Positions 23,984 through 37,471 of a stretch of 64,000 nt of DNA are shown one piece after another. The notes beneath the pieces were generated by a model. That model saw only the letters and a list, made by a program, of their open reading frames with translations. It was not told the DNA's origin and did no database searches. The translations under genes were made by a program, and so were the position numbers. This DNA is from Carcharhinus amblyrhynchos. Lineage: Eukaryota. The stretch's first letter is position 1; every line of letters begins with the position of its first letter. Location of the stretch: positions 49,352,001-49,416,000 of the forward strand of contig OZ336885.1 of NCBI GenBank assembly GCA_965287045.1. Direction: 5' to 3'.

Positions 23984-24378
23984 TTGATTATGGTACTATA
24001 GCACTGTCCACTCTGAGAATTACACAGGATTAATGATGCCCAAGTTTCCTAAATGTTTAAGCTGTGTTTCAGCTATTTCAAATAATGATAGGGCACAGGG
24101 TAGGTTTAAAACCTCAGGGTAGCTTCAGGATCAACATAGATCTTTCAATCTTTGATCATCCCCAACTCTTCTTGAAATACTTCTTGGTATCTTCTGAGGA
24201 CTTCATGCAGACCGCTCATTTATTTAACAAATTTTCAGCCAGTTTAATTTGATCTCCTGGAAACAGTTATGCCCCATCAAATTCGGTCTTTGGTCCAAAA
24301 CCACAATCAACAGTAGCTGAGCAGAAGTCTGTCTTTAGCTTACAAAAGTCATGTTTGTTCCTATGATTCGAATAACTT

Positions 24379-24381
<3 letters not shown>

Positions 24382-24455
<74 letters not shown>
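24382..24455. repeat. (GT)n microsatellite
   Basis: Perfect dinucleotide run inside the Gypsy protease region. Confidence 0.98.
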
Positions 24456-24457
<2 letters not shown>

Positions 24458-25199
24458 CTTGGCTGGGGTGTTATTCAATCTCAGGGATCGAAATCTTCCT
24501 TGGAGATACTGAAATGATTGTTCCCCAATGACTATGGCTGAGGCCACCATGTCCACCTCCATCTTCAATGGATGGCCATTTACCACTAATACCATTGTCA
24601 TTGAGACTACCTTGCCCACCTTTATGTTATTCATTCATAAAATGTTTTGATTCACCTTCTGGATGAAATGTACGGAGCTGGATTATTTACCTTGTTTGTA
24701 CTGGGAAGGCCTTGCTTGTTCTTATGCTTGTGCTTTACATGCCCTCTTCTCCCTTATGCTGCTTCTCTCTTTACTGAAGCCAGCACCCTCACTCTTGGCA
24801 CCACTGCTACTAGCAGTTTCCTACCCAATCTGGTGGACCTCGCCATTCTGCACACTTCGTATCTCTGGGATGACTTGCTCTGCACTTTCCATTGGTAGAG
24901 CCAATTCCAATGTCTTTTTCGGTTATTTATAACTCTGCTAACAACTTCTGTTCTGTATTAGTTACACCATACACCAGTCAGTCTCACAACATGTCTTGAG
25001 GGCTGACCCAAACTCACATTGCTTTGCTATTAGTCTTAATCTTGCCGCAAAGGCCACCTTTGTTTCTCCTGGGGCACTCCCCATTGAGTTGAATTTATAC
25101 CTTTGCAAAATTGCTGAGGGTGATAATGTCTCTTAACCAAGTCCACAAGTTCAGCCAAAATGTTGATATCAGGCGCATCCAGGGGTGTTAAATATCTAA

Positions 25200-25525
25200 T
25201 CACAGAATGACAGAATCCCTACAGTGCAGAAGGAAGCCATTTGGCCAATCAAGTCTGCATTGACTCTCCAACAGAGTATTCCACCCAGGCCCTTTTCCCA
25301 TAACCCCACATATACCCCGCCAAGCCCCCTAACCTACAAAGGGGCAATTTAGCATGGCCAATCCATTTAACCTGCACATCTCTGGACTATGGGAGGAAAC
25401 CTGAGCTTGGAAAGGAAATCCACTCAGACACAGGAAGAACATGCAAATGCCACACAGTCAGCCAAGGCTGGAATCAAACATGGGTCCCTGGCACTGTGAG
25501 GCAGCAATGCTAACCATCATGCCAA
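25200..25525 (-). mobile_element. HE1-type V-SINE
   Basis: tRNA head, V-domain and CR1-type tail. Confidence 0.85.
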
Positions 25526-26469
25526 ATGCTACCCAAAATAATCAAACTAAATATTGGGATCCCAACATGCACTACGAAATGTAACCTTCTTCTTATCCTC
25601 CCCCTTTATTCCATTAGCTTCGAAAAATATTGCAAAATCTCCACATACTGTAGCCAGTCTTTGGAATCCGCATCAAAGGGCTCCAATTTGCTAAAGATAG
25701 GCATGTTGCTGATTTCCTCTTTGTAGGTTGGTCCTGAGTGGACCTATGCTGGACAATTTCAAACAAGATCTCTACCATACTTTTTACTGTGATTTCAGGC
25801 ACTTGCATTTTCCTCTTCGCCAATGTGACAATTTTAATGATTGCCGACCACAATGTTAACAACAATGACAATCTATTATCTCAAACTATGTACAGTTAGT
25901 GCTTCAACATGCATATTCTCCATTCAGCTTTAGAATGGATTCCAATGGTAAAAGCCCATGCTTAGCCCCGGGATTCGCACACACCTGTCTCATTTGGTTA
26001 CCAGAACATATAACCCTACAGAATCTTGCTCCTTAAAGGGACTTGCTACCACAGCTCCCTATCAGCTCCTTGGGTATCCCAACACCATATGGACTGCAGT
26101 GGTTCAAGAAGGCAATAGCACACCCCAGGCTGAAAGAACAACATTCGCTGTCACCAATTTAATTGCAAGTACACCATCATTTAATCTGCCACGCTGACTA
26201 ATTCTCTAACATGTGCCATCTGATCTTCATCCATTGGTCAGCTCATCCCAGCTGTAGTGCAGTGTGTACATTATAATAAATGATCAGAGTACCATACTCA
26301 AGTTCAAACACACATTATTGTGATAAGCAACTCACCTCCACCTGAGCAAGGGCAATTTGGGATGGCTAATAAATGCTGACTTGCAAGCAATGCCCAATAC
26401 TCCTTACACTGAGCTAAGAAAATCAAGCAAGAAAACATTCACTCCATATATTCCATCCATTAAATTTAA

Positions 26470-26700
26470 TGTTTATTTATAGTCACAAGTAGGCTTATAT
26501 TAACACTGCGGTGAAGTTACTGTGAAAATCCCCTAGTCACCACATCTGTTCGGGTATACTGAAGGAGACTTTAGCATGGTCAATGCACTTAACCAGCATG
26601 TCTTTCGGACTGTGACAGGAAACCGGAATACCAGGAAGAAATCCATGCAGACATGGGGAGAATGTGCAAACTCCACACAGGCAGAATCGCACCCAGGTCA
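26470..26700 (-). mobile_element. V-SINE, alternative tail
   Basis: Same tail as 22278-22705 plus V-domain. Confidence 0.8.
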
Positions 26701-26847
26701 CAGATTCAAATGAGAGTTTTTGAACATTTCCCATCCTTGCTTTCTTGATGGTGGAATAAGTCATCGTAATGCTCTTTGTGGAATTTGTCAACACAGAAAG
26801 TAGTTGCTGCATTTCCTGTGTCACAACAATGGCTACACTTTAAAATT

Positions 26848-28520
26848 ATTTCTTTTTTTGTAAGTTTATTGAAAATTTTCTTATATTTTACATAGCAAAT
26901 AAACACAGATACAGATGCACACAGTGCTCATGACTGGGCACAGGGCTCCCCGTGGCCAGGGTGTGCTTCCTGGTACCCCTGGTACCCTACCCACCCACCC
27001 CAACCAAGTCCCATCTAATTGCACTGGTAATGACAGTAATAATATAAAAACAAAAAGGCAGAGGAACTGAGTGCCCAAGCAGCTCATTATAAACTAGTGA
27101 GTGAAAAAAAGAAAGACAGTGAAGGAGAGAGAAGGAAGAGAGTGAGAGGGAAAAGAGAAAATTTCTCGTGTTTGTCCCCACCTCAGGTGTACTCCAGTAA
27201 AGGGCCAGGGTGCGACCACCGGTGGGGGGGATGGGATTTTGTGTAGATTAAACACTAAGAATTCACTCCACATGGGACACGATCTCCATCTCCATTCCCA
27301 TCACGGTCACAGGAGTTATAACCTGAAAAGGTCTGTAGAAATAACAAACATTTACGATTTAACCTAACGTTCACAAAACCCATTATTACCTTTTCCTGAC
27401 CGACAATTCGATCCTGGTATAGCATGCAGATTCATAAAAAACAAAGATCAGTTTACATCCACTGTGCGGTCACCTGATTCAAAAATCTGCTTCACAAATT
27501 TCATCACTGCTGCCAGATCCGTGAACTTGTGCTTGGTCCCATTGTTGAGAGTAATCCTCAAGCAGGCTGGAAAGTGAAGCCCAAACCTGGCCCCAGGCAG
27601 TCATACAGAAGTCATTTGACATCAGCGGAGACCACCCTTCTCCTTGCCGCCACTGGGGTAAAATCTGGAAGTATTGACAACTTGTTTTCCTGTACCTCAG
27701 AGTGGTAGCCTATGCAGCTTGCCACAGGATTCTGTCTCGTGCCGAGGTGTAATGTATTCATGTAATAATGGGCCGAGGAGCTTCTCCCAGTCTGAGATTT
27801 GCCCGTAACACTGTGTCTGCAATCCACAAGCAGCTCATCCTCAAGTTCCAGCACATTCTTCAATAACCGAGTGACAAAGTCTGTGATATTTGGGCCCTCG
27901 ATTCCCTGCAGAAGGCCTATCAGGCAGATGTTATTTTGTCTTTGGAGTCCTTCTGCCTCGTCACATTTCTCCCTTAGGGACTTAACCTCCAATGTCAAAT
28001 GAGTAATTTGGCTCTTCAACTAGGAGGTAGTGTTTCCACTAAATGCCTCTGAGTCCTCAAGCTCCTTTAAGCAGTTCTCATGGGTGACGGTGGCACCTTG
28101 GAAAGATTTAAGAGACGGTCTGATTGCGTCTCTCAGCTTGTCTATCTTGGCTTGCAACTCAGTTGCCCACAAGTCCAATTTACTGTCTAATCTTTGCATG
28201 GCCTACATAATAGCTTCCCTGTTCTTTCACTCAACATGCTCCGTTCAGAGATCCCTCCAGGATTGCGTGGCCCCACTCTGCCCCTTTGGTCCCCCTCTTC
28301 AATTTTGGCTTGCCTCCTGCCATTTTGTCAGTGCCAGCATTTGTCGGCTTACCCATTTCCCCCAGCCTGCAGCACTATTTCTTGGTCCACGTATCAAGCT
28401 GTCTTGCTATTCAATCTACCAGAGTTCTTACACGGATTGCTTTTCACCTTATGTCACCCTTAATTGGGTGAACAGAAGCAGCAAAGAGTTCCCAGCTGAG
28501 TTGCAAGTTGCAATTCTTCT
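26848..28520 (-). mobile_element. L1-clade element with decayed ORF1 only, spacer and poly(A) tail (HAL1-like)
   Basis: EGLQRQNNICLIGLLQGIEG...SILPDFTPVAARRR...FGLHFPACLRIT (Transposase_22/L1 ORF1p); AATAAA plus A-tail at ~26850-26870; no ORF2 seen. Confidence 0.8.
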
Positions 28521-29399
28521 CCTTCACTTTAATTCACCCTTGGCTGACTGAAAAAAGAAACAACACAGTGTCCCCAGATTGATCTGACAGTTGCAGTTTT
28601 TATGACACAGGAGTTCTCCCCTGGGCTGCCCCACACCCTAAACGAATTCACACTTGACTGAGTGAAAAAAAAATACAAGATGGCTCCAGGCTGAACTGCA
28701 AGTCCCATCATGCCTTTCATTGAACTCTAGCTGCAAAAAAAGCAATCCAGAAATAGAAATAGCAGCTTCCAATTTGCAGCAGGACCTCATTGGCTTCTGC
28801 TTCCTACTTTAATTCGCCCTTTCTTAGGTGAAAAAAGAACAAAGAGTTTGCAGACTGAGCTGAAACCCACAGCTCCTCCCCGCTGAGCACACACAGTAAA
28901 TTCCATCCAGCAGGAAGGAATTTAAAAAATAACTCTTTCCAGCTAGACTTTCAAAGTTCTCTCTTTGCAACTGCACTGCAGGGATGTTTAAAGTTTGCCT
29001 GGTGTACATTAACCTCTTTCCAGACTGCAACAATCCTTTCAAAAAGGATCTTGCCATCTGAAGATCATGCTTCCTCTCACACTAGCACCACCTTTGATGC
29101 CTCTTAGTTCATCGGCTGTGAAATGCTTTGGGATGTCCAAGGCATCAGTGCAATTTTTTTTTCTTTTTTTGCTATTGTCAATGCTGAAGCAATGAAGCAG
29201 ACAATTTAAAAAGAAAATAGCCAAGTGCCAGAAGAAAAAAACACAGAGCAATGTAATACAGGCCTGCTGGGACAACACAATGTACTTGTTGGACTATATA
29301 AAGTCCTGCATATTGGGATCGCAAGAGGACAAATGGACAATGTCAGCACAGAGACACTGTGAAGGGAGCAGCAACATGAATGATTCCATGTACAGGGTG

Positions 29400-29995
29400 T
29401 CTTAGGAAGTCTTGCTAAAACTATACTAGTTACACCACACCTGGAATACTGCGAACAGTTTTGGTCCTCTTCTCTAAGGAAATATATACTAGCTTTGGAG
29501 GCAGTCCAGAGAAGTTTAACTAAGTTGGTCCCAGTTACGGAAGGATTTTCTGATGAGGAGAGGTTGAGTAACTTGGGCCTATACTCATTGGAGTTTAGAA
29601 GAATGAGAGGTTACCTTATTGAGACAGATAGAATTCTCAGGGAGCTTGAAAGAGTAGATGCCAAGAGGTTATTTTCCATGTGAAGAGCCTAGGACCAGAG
29701 GACTTAATCTCAGAGTAAGGGGTCACCCATTAAGACAAGAGCTGAGGAGGAATTTCTTCTCTCAGAGGGTAGTGAATCTGTAGAATTCTTTACCACAGAG
29801 GGCTATAGTGGCTGGGTCATTAAACATGTTCAAGGCTGAGATGGATAGACTTTTAATCAATAAGGGAATCAAGGGTTATGGGGAAAGTGGAGTTTAGGAT
29901 TATCTTATCAGATCTGTCACGATCTCATCGAATGGTGGAACAGACTAGATAGGCTAAATGGCACAATTGTGCTCCTATGCCTTATGATCTTATGG
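29400..29995 (+). mobile_element. CR1 3' fragment
   Basis: [11 protein letters not shown] / [19 protein letters not shown]. Confidence 0.85.
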
Positions 29996-30449
29996 TTCAA
30001 GGAGCATGAGCTATGAAAAATGGTTCTAACATTCAATTCCTGATGCCTAAAGACATCTCACTATAGTACATGAAAAATTAAATGGTGTCGTTAAGATAAA
30101 TCCTCAATATTACTTTTAAATAAGACAGGACAGCAGTACAGGAGATCATAAATATTAACTGGTGAAAAATAAAGTTAGATAAAAGACCAGTAGGAATTTC
30201 TCAATTCAACAGCAATAAAAGGCTCAGAATAATCTCCTAGGCTTTTTTTTAGGAACACTCAAAACAGCATTATCTCCATGGAATGATTCAGCACACTTGG
30301 AAGCCATTCAGCCCAGTGTGTCCTGTCGGCTCTGTGAAAGAGTTAACCAATTACTCTCACTCTCTTCCCCTTTCCTCATGGCCCTGCCAAATGTTCCTCT
30401 TCAATTATTTATCCAAATTCATGTTGAAAATTATTATTGCATCTGTTTG

Positions 30450-31635
30450 CAAGGGTGGGGTTATACACTTCGGTAGGAAGAGTAAAATAAGGAGATTTTT
30501 CTTTTTAAATAGTGAGAAAATAGAGAGACCTGAATGTCTCACTTGTACTTGAATCACAGAAAGTTAACATGCATGCACAGCAAACAATTAAACGTTGAAA
30601 AGGTTTTTTTGTTACAAAGGGATTGGAGTATAAGAGTAGTAAAGTCATTGCCACCATTGTGGAGATCATGCCTGGAGATGTGGATGGTTTTGGTCTTGTT
30701 ATTTCAAGAGACACATTGTTCCTTTAGATTCTAGAGGGAGTGCAATTTTATTTTGATGTAACTTTGTGCCAGACTGTCCTTTAGGGAATAGTGGTGGAAG
30801 GATTCCCAAGCTAATTATCAGCCTATTGAACTAAGTTATCAATGCTCCTTCCTTGGTCAAGAAGTCCTGACATTGGACTTGAAGTGGAGATGCTGGAGTT
30901 GGACTGGGATAAACACAGTAAGAAGTCTCGCAACACCAGGTTAAAGTCCAATAAGTTTATTTGATTGTGGGTTTACTATCAAGTAAACTTGTTGGACTTT
31001 AACCTGGTTTTGTGAGACTTTTTACAGTATTGGACTTATACCCAGAGCTTCTGGTCCAGAGGTAAAGGCACTATCACTCCACCACAAGATCTCTTATAGG
31101 AAATGCAATGAAGATTCACTAGATTGATTCCCACAATAAGATTATCCTATGAGGAGAAATGGTGTAGATTATGCCTTTATTCAGAAGAGTTTAAATAAAT
31201 GAGAGGTGATCCAATTGAAACAGTTAAAATGATCAAACTTTAAAATATAAAATTCACTTATCTGTTGAAGTGACAAATGAATCTGTCACCAAAATTATGG
31301 AGGGGCTGGAAACAAGAGAAGCTGAGAACATATTTTCCCAGACTGTGGAATCCAGAACATGGGATGTCACTGACTCAGAATAAGGAGACTAAAATGAGGA
31401 GATTTTTCTCATTCAGAGGATAGTGAATCTTCAAAATTCTCTACCTTAAACAACTGTGGATGTTCAGTCATTGAATATATCTAAAACAAGATTGATAGAG
31501 CTTTTGATACTGAAAGAATTAAGGGATACAGGAAGGGGGAATCAAGTTAGAATATCAGCCATTATCTTACTGAATGACTGAACAGGATTCAAGGGCCAAA
31601 TTGCCTACTCCTGCTTCTATTCATTGTGTCTTTAT
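30450..31635 (+). mobile_element. Old CR1 fragment interrupted by a SINE and a PLE remnant
   Basis: VIHFGRK motif at ~30460, FFSxRIVNL region at ~31400, CR1 tail at ~31590. Confidence 0.65.
30881..31028. mobile_element. Penelope-like terminal remnant with inverted arms, inside a minus-strand tRNA SINE (~30770-31095)
   Basis: GTGGAGATGCTGGAGTTGGACTGGG terminus; 9-bp TSD ATTGGACTT. Confidence 0.8.
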
Positions 31636-32279
31636 GTTTGTATTCTCTCAGCCATTTGAGATCCCAACACCTCACTGTGAAAAGAAATTTCTTTCTGTCA
31701 CATAACTAAAGTCCCTCATTCCTGAAAGAGTTCTCATCATTATCCTCTGCAAGACCTGGTATGACATCCTAGGTCAAGAGATTTTGAATAAGGAGTGAGC
31801 TTGTCTGGGCTGCAGGCTTGCTGTTCAGCTGCAAGTCTGGGCACACCTCCAAGGAACATGCTGCTGAGGAATGGAAAGCTGTATGGGAAGAAGAGCACTG
31901 ATCTGCGCCTCCCCCCCACCGCCCCCCCGCCACAACGCCCCAGCACATGAGCTCCATGGGCTGGAGCAGCAGGGAGTAAGAGGTATCAGTGGCACTGCAG
32001 GCAGGGAGGGAAGGATACTGTCAGTGACAGAGAAGAGAGGGCAAACATGCCAGCAAGAAATTAAAACAGTGATAGGCTAGTAAGTGGGCCGTATCAATAG
32101 CCCTCCTTCATCTCAGTGGACTGCAAGATCGAAATCAAACTTGTTCACTAATCATGACCTGTGAACAAGATTAAAAACATTTAATACCTGCCAAATATTT
32201 CGTAACAAGTTTAAGAAATTGCTTAACAATTCATATATAGTAACAGAGCTTTCATCAACTTTAAATGGTAGAAACAAGC

Positions 32280-32612
32280 ACAGATGGAAGCAGGGAAGTT
32301 CTTCCCACTGGCAGGTGAAGTCAAAACAAGCGGCAGAGCCTCAAAGTAAGGGGCAGCAGATTTAGGACGGAGTTGAGAGGAACTTCTTCACTGAAAGGGT
32401 TGTGAATCTGTGGAATTCCCTGCCCAGTGAAGCAGTTGAGGCTACCTCGTTTAATGATTTTGAGGCAAAGATAAATAGTTTTGAACAGTAAACAAATTAA
32501 GGGTTATGATGAGCAGGTGGGCAAGTGGAGCTGAGTTCACAAAAAAAAGTCAGCCATGATTTTATTGGATGGTGGAGCAGGGTCGAGGTTCCAAATGCTC
32601 CTGGTTCTTACG
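32280..32612 (+). mobile_element. CR1 3' fragment
   Basis: AACTTCTTCACTGAAAGGGTTGTGAATCTGTGGAATTCCCTGCC and CR1 3' UTR. Confidence 0.8.
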
Positions 32613-34124
32613 TAAAAGAAATATTTATGCTTTGATTAGACACAAAGGGAGTACACAGCTCTCACAGTCATATTGTGTGTAAGTAGCATGTACTTCACTC
32701 AACCTACCCTTGCTCTACGTGATTGTCGTTTTAGTCATATCAGTAGGAAAGAGACTGCAGATGGAAATCAGTGGAATGTGCCAAATCTGTGTGTGGGCAA
32801 TAGTCAACAAAATATCGTAGGCCACACTCAGAGCCTGATGGGCCGCATGTAACCACCACCCCCTCTCCCCAGGCCACCACTGAATTAAAGGATGATGAAG
32901 TGTGCCAAGTACAGAGGGAGAGCAGTTTAAGTTTAACCAGAGAAAAAGTAAATTGCCAGAATGAAATAGGGTGGAATAGTGCCAGCATGAACTTCAGAGG
33001 GTTGTGACAACATTTAACCTGAATAATTCCACAGTCCCATAACAAGGACTCATTTGAAAAGAGGGAATTTAATTTTTTATTTTTGACTACTGAAGGAGCC
33101 AGAACAATATACAACATGTCAAGAATTTTAATGCAACTGGCTGCCATTATAATAAATGGATGTATATGAAGCACAAAGGTTGGATGGAAGTTGTCCGAGT
33201 TTATTAATGTGAAAGCAGGCTGAGAGGTTCAAGGGGAATTAATAGAAAATCAAAATGTGCTAGAAATAGGAAAGCGATTTCAGGTCAAGTCAGATACATC
33301 AATACAATAAAAGGCCAATTAACTTGTGCACAATCCAACTTCTTCCACTATGCAGTGAGGTAGAAAATGCATTTCAATACAATTCACTGAGCGTGAGATA
33401 TAAAAGTTCCAAGGTGTAAGAGCAAGAAATTCCTGTGGGGGACTAGGCATGTGCAAAAAATTTTTGCGTCAAAATTACCACTTTTGTTCGTACATAACAT
33501 GACTTGTGGAGAAAGTCCCACTGGATGGCTGAACAAAGGATTCAACGTCAAATCCCATTAAAAGCATTCTTTTGCACACTCTCATCCTGAAATGAACTGA
33601 CAGCCAGATCTCAGGAGACAGACCATAAGCAGTGGAACAGAATGGTTCATAAGCTACAGGAAAAGACTTATAGCACAAAAATTTAGGGACTTGTGTTTTA
33701 ATCCAATAACAATTCATCTTAAACACTATAGCATAGTAAACAAAATGCTTGAAAAGGCGAAACATTGTTCCAATTAAAAAACACAAGCAAGTCAGAACTA
33801 ACCTTTTGTGTTCAATAATAATGTTAATTTCAATAATACTAGTGACTGTGCCATGCAGCATTAACTTCTTCAACTTTTCATTTGAAGACATCTTTAAACT
33901 AATTAGAGGGTCACTTACCACTCATTAAAGATGAGGAAATGGGTTAGTTTCTTTCAAAAGAGTTTCATCAGAAAGGGTAGTTATGGTAAACAAATTTGAT
34001 TTTTGCTTTGCGACATTTGTGATAAATTTGTGAATATTTGTTAAAAGACTGACCCTCCCCCTTTAGCAGTGAGGAGCCATTTGCTCGGAAGAGGGAAGCG
34101 AAGTAACACTTGAGTAATTATTAT

Positions 34125-34382
34125 TTATTTATTATTTATTAGTCACAAGTAAGGCTTACATTAATACTGCAATGAAGTTACTATGAAATTCCTCTAGTCA
34201 CCACAGTCCAGCACCTGTTCAGGTCAGTGCACCTAACTAGCACATCTTTTAGAATATGGTAGGAAGCTGGAGCACCCAGAGGAAACTCATGCAGACACAG
34301 GGAGAATGTGAAAACGCCACACAGACAGTGACCCAAGCCAGGGATCGAACGCAGTGCTAACCACTGTGCCAATGTGCCGCCC
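34125..34382 (-). mobile_element. V-SINE, alternative tail
   Basis: GGGCGGCAC..TGGCACAGTGGTTAGCACTG head, V-domain and tail. Confidence 0.85.
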
Positions 34383-36342
34383 CACTAATTATTTATATGG
34401 CCTTGGCAATTGTCCCTTTAAGGATCAATCTGAATGGTAAAGATAATATGACCTGAGGAACCAATTGGGGAGAAGGATAGGGATCACTCTGGGTTTGGGT
34501 TTCTGTTCCAGAACCATCTTGGGAGCTGGCTGCAGCCATAAGGCTGCAAGTCCATATATAGGCTTTACCTGCAAATAAAGATGCTGTTGTTTTTCCCTTA
34601 AGTGATGAACAAGAATTATTACATTGACAATGGGGATAAAAGTTAGCCTCGAACTGTGAGTATACAGTTTCTGTTGAAGTTGACACAAAAATGTTCCTAT
34701 ATGAATGGACAGGTCCTTTTGATGCATCTGTGGAGAATTGGACACCATACATGGAGCATTTGGGCAATTATTATCTGGCTTGCAGAATAGAGAAGGAGAG
34801 GGTAAAAATCCTCCTGAGTGTGTGTGGGATCTAGGCTTAAAATTTGATTCACAGTCGCACAACCCCAAGTGCCTAACTCCAAGTCATTAAGTGGGATTGT
34901 TAAATTGGTAAAGTCACAAAGTCATATGGCAAAAATGTAAGTTTAATTCAAGGAAAGAGCCCCAGGGAAACTATTGCTGTATATTCTATCAAACAGAAGC
35001 AAATCTCAGAGCACTACAACTTTAGAACCACTTTGAATAACATGCTGCAGGACAAATTCATCTATGGGTTGAATAATGAGGTTACTCAATGGAAGTTACT
35101 AACAGAGGCAGATACAAATTTTATGTGAGAGTTGGAGATAGTGCTGGCAATGGATAGTGGTGAAAAGGGTGCAAAATGACATCATTCACTAGTTTAGAGA
35201 AGGAACCTGCAGTCATCATGGTGCCAAAAATGAAAATGTAATAGTGAGTGACAAGTAAATTCAGCTACAAATAAAGTAAGAAGACTTAGAAGATGAAATC
35301 AATTGGCAAAGATTGAAGCAGAATGCTACCATCATGGAGGTAAATACTCTCCTGAACGCTGTAGTTTTAAAGAGGCTGAATGCTTTTCCTGTCATAGGAA
35401 AGGCCATTTAAGGCATCAGTGCTAAAGTAAGTCAAGTTTACCCAGAAGCCAATTAAGTAGTGTCACAAATATATAATGTGAGAGAAGCCAGCATCAATGA
35501 TTTACTCCCTGTTTAATGTGAAAGTGAACAAGGTAGCCCCTGTTACTATAAGGCTCCTGGTAAATGGAAAACCCCTTAAGATGGAAGTAGACACCTGGCC
35601 TATGTGAATCCAGAAGCAATCCACTGATACTGCAGAAGACCAGTATCATATGCATTAGTTAAAAAGGTGGATACTCTTTGAATTGAAGAGATTGGAAGAA
35701 TTGGGCATTATCCCACCAGTTCAAATTACGGAATAGGCAGCACTCATTGGCTGTCCACATTTGTGGAGACTACAAGTTAGCAGTTAAGCAGACTGTCAAA
35801 GTGGATAAATATTCAATCCCAAAGATTGAAGTCATATATGCAACACTGGCAGGAGGTCAATGTTATACAAAACTGGATATGAGTCACGCACATCAGCAAC
35901 ATGAATTGGATGAAATTTCTCAAAGTTATAGCACGATAAACATACACAGTGATTTGTTCCAGTATACACACCTGCCGTCGGGTGTGTTGTCAGCAAATGC
36001 AGTTTTCCAGAAGACAATGGAGAGTCTGCTGCAGTGTGTGCCATAAGTTGTGATATACCTTGATGATGTTATCATAACTGAATCAACAGAAGCCGAGCAT
36101 CTAGCTAACTTAGAAGAGATGCTGAAGAGATTTCAAAAGGCTGGAGGTCCCTTCAAAAAATGAAAATGTAATTTTCAAGCCGCAGAATTAGCCTATCTGG
36201 GGTACCATGTAGATACACAAGGCTTACACCCCATAAAAGGCAGAGTGGGAGTTATAAAGGAGGCACTAGCTCCCAAAAACACATCTGAGCTCATCATTTT
36301 TAGGAATGGCGAATTACTATAAGTATTTTGTAACCAAATTTC

Positions 36343-36568
36343 CTAGAATCCCTACAGTGCAGAAGGAGGTCATTTGGCCCATTGTGTGGTACCAACCACA
36401 CAATCCCACCCAGGCCCTATTCCTGTAATCCCACATATTTACCCTACTAATCCCTCTAACACTAGGGTCAATTTAGCATGACTAATCAACCTAACCCACA
36501 CATCTTTGGACTGTGGGAGTAAACCCAGAGGAAACGCATGCAGACGTGGGGAGAATGTGCAAACTCCC
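36343..36568 (-). mobile_element. HE1-type V-SINE (5'-truncated) in Gypsy
   Basis: CR1-type tail and V-domain. Confidence 0.8.
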
Positions 36569-37356
36569 TTATGGTCCCCTTGTAAATGCTATTAAAGAAA
36601 CACCAGCATTAACTTTGGAAGGCACCTGAGAAAGAAGGTTTCAACAGAATAAAGCAATTATTGCATTCTTTGAACTTGTTGGTGCATTTTGACCAATCTA
36701 AGAAATCGGTGCGAAGCAGTGATCCTCTGCATATAGCATTGGTGCAGTGTTGTCCAATGACGAGAGCAACAGATCCAAAAGGCCAATAGGCGAAGTCTCA
36801 AGAATCCTCGGAGGCTGAAAGAGGCTGCTCACAAATTGAGAAAGAAGAAATTTATATGGTAGGCACTTTACCATTGTTTCTGATCACAAACAACTTTGGT
36901 TCTTTTTAAAGAAGGCAAGGCTATTCCACCAGTCACATCAGCAAGAATTTAATGTTGAGTGTTAATTCTCTCTGCCTATGAATATACCTTCAAGCACTGA
37001 TCTGGAACACACATAGCGAATGTGGATGTACTAAGTCACCTAATTTATCAAGAGAGTATTGCACCTCCCCCAGTATCACAGGAAATTGTCCAGGCATTGA
37101 ATTTATTTGACACATTGCAAGTCTGAGCAAAACAGATCAATTACTGGACCAGCCTCACAGCACCCTTGGGAATGGCCTGGCCAGCCATGGGTATGAGCTC
37201 ATATTGATTATATTGGCCCATTCACAATGGGTACAATGTTTTTCACTCCTTGTCAATGCACATTCAAAGTGAACAGAAGTGTTTGAGGTGAAGCCTCCTA
37301 CATGGATGGAGAAATCATGCCAATGTTTTTCCACCCACAGAATACCTGAAGTCATA

Positions 37357-37471
37357 GGGTGGAAATTTCCTGTCCTGCCTGCCATGTGGGGGGGAGGAAT
37401 CATGCAAAGGTCCACTGACCTCAGGTGGAATTTTCCATTCTCGGGGCGAGTGTGACCGGAAAATCCCATCC
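37357..37471. mobile_element. MITE (Harbinger-like) in Gypsy integrase
   Basis: TIRs GGGTGGAAATTTCC / GGAAAATCCCATCC; interrupts PEVI|VSDN-like motif. Confidence 0.75.

Larger units (their letters stand above)
21307..26053 (-). mobile_element. Decayed full-length Gypsy LTR retrotransposon
   Basis: LTRs 21307-21502 and 25824-26053 (TG...CA), 5-bp TSD GCTCC, PBS TGGCGAAGAGG, PPT; gag GKLEPFD...W..Y, protease LKMEVD, integrase PHTTTG..PAELLMGR. Confidence 0.9.

Noticed and set aside
24335-24634. His-Thr repeat protein
   Set aside because: Translation of a (GT)n microsatellite within the decayed Gypsy protease
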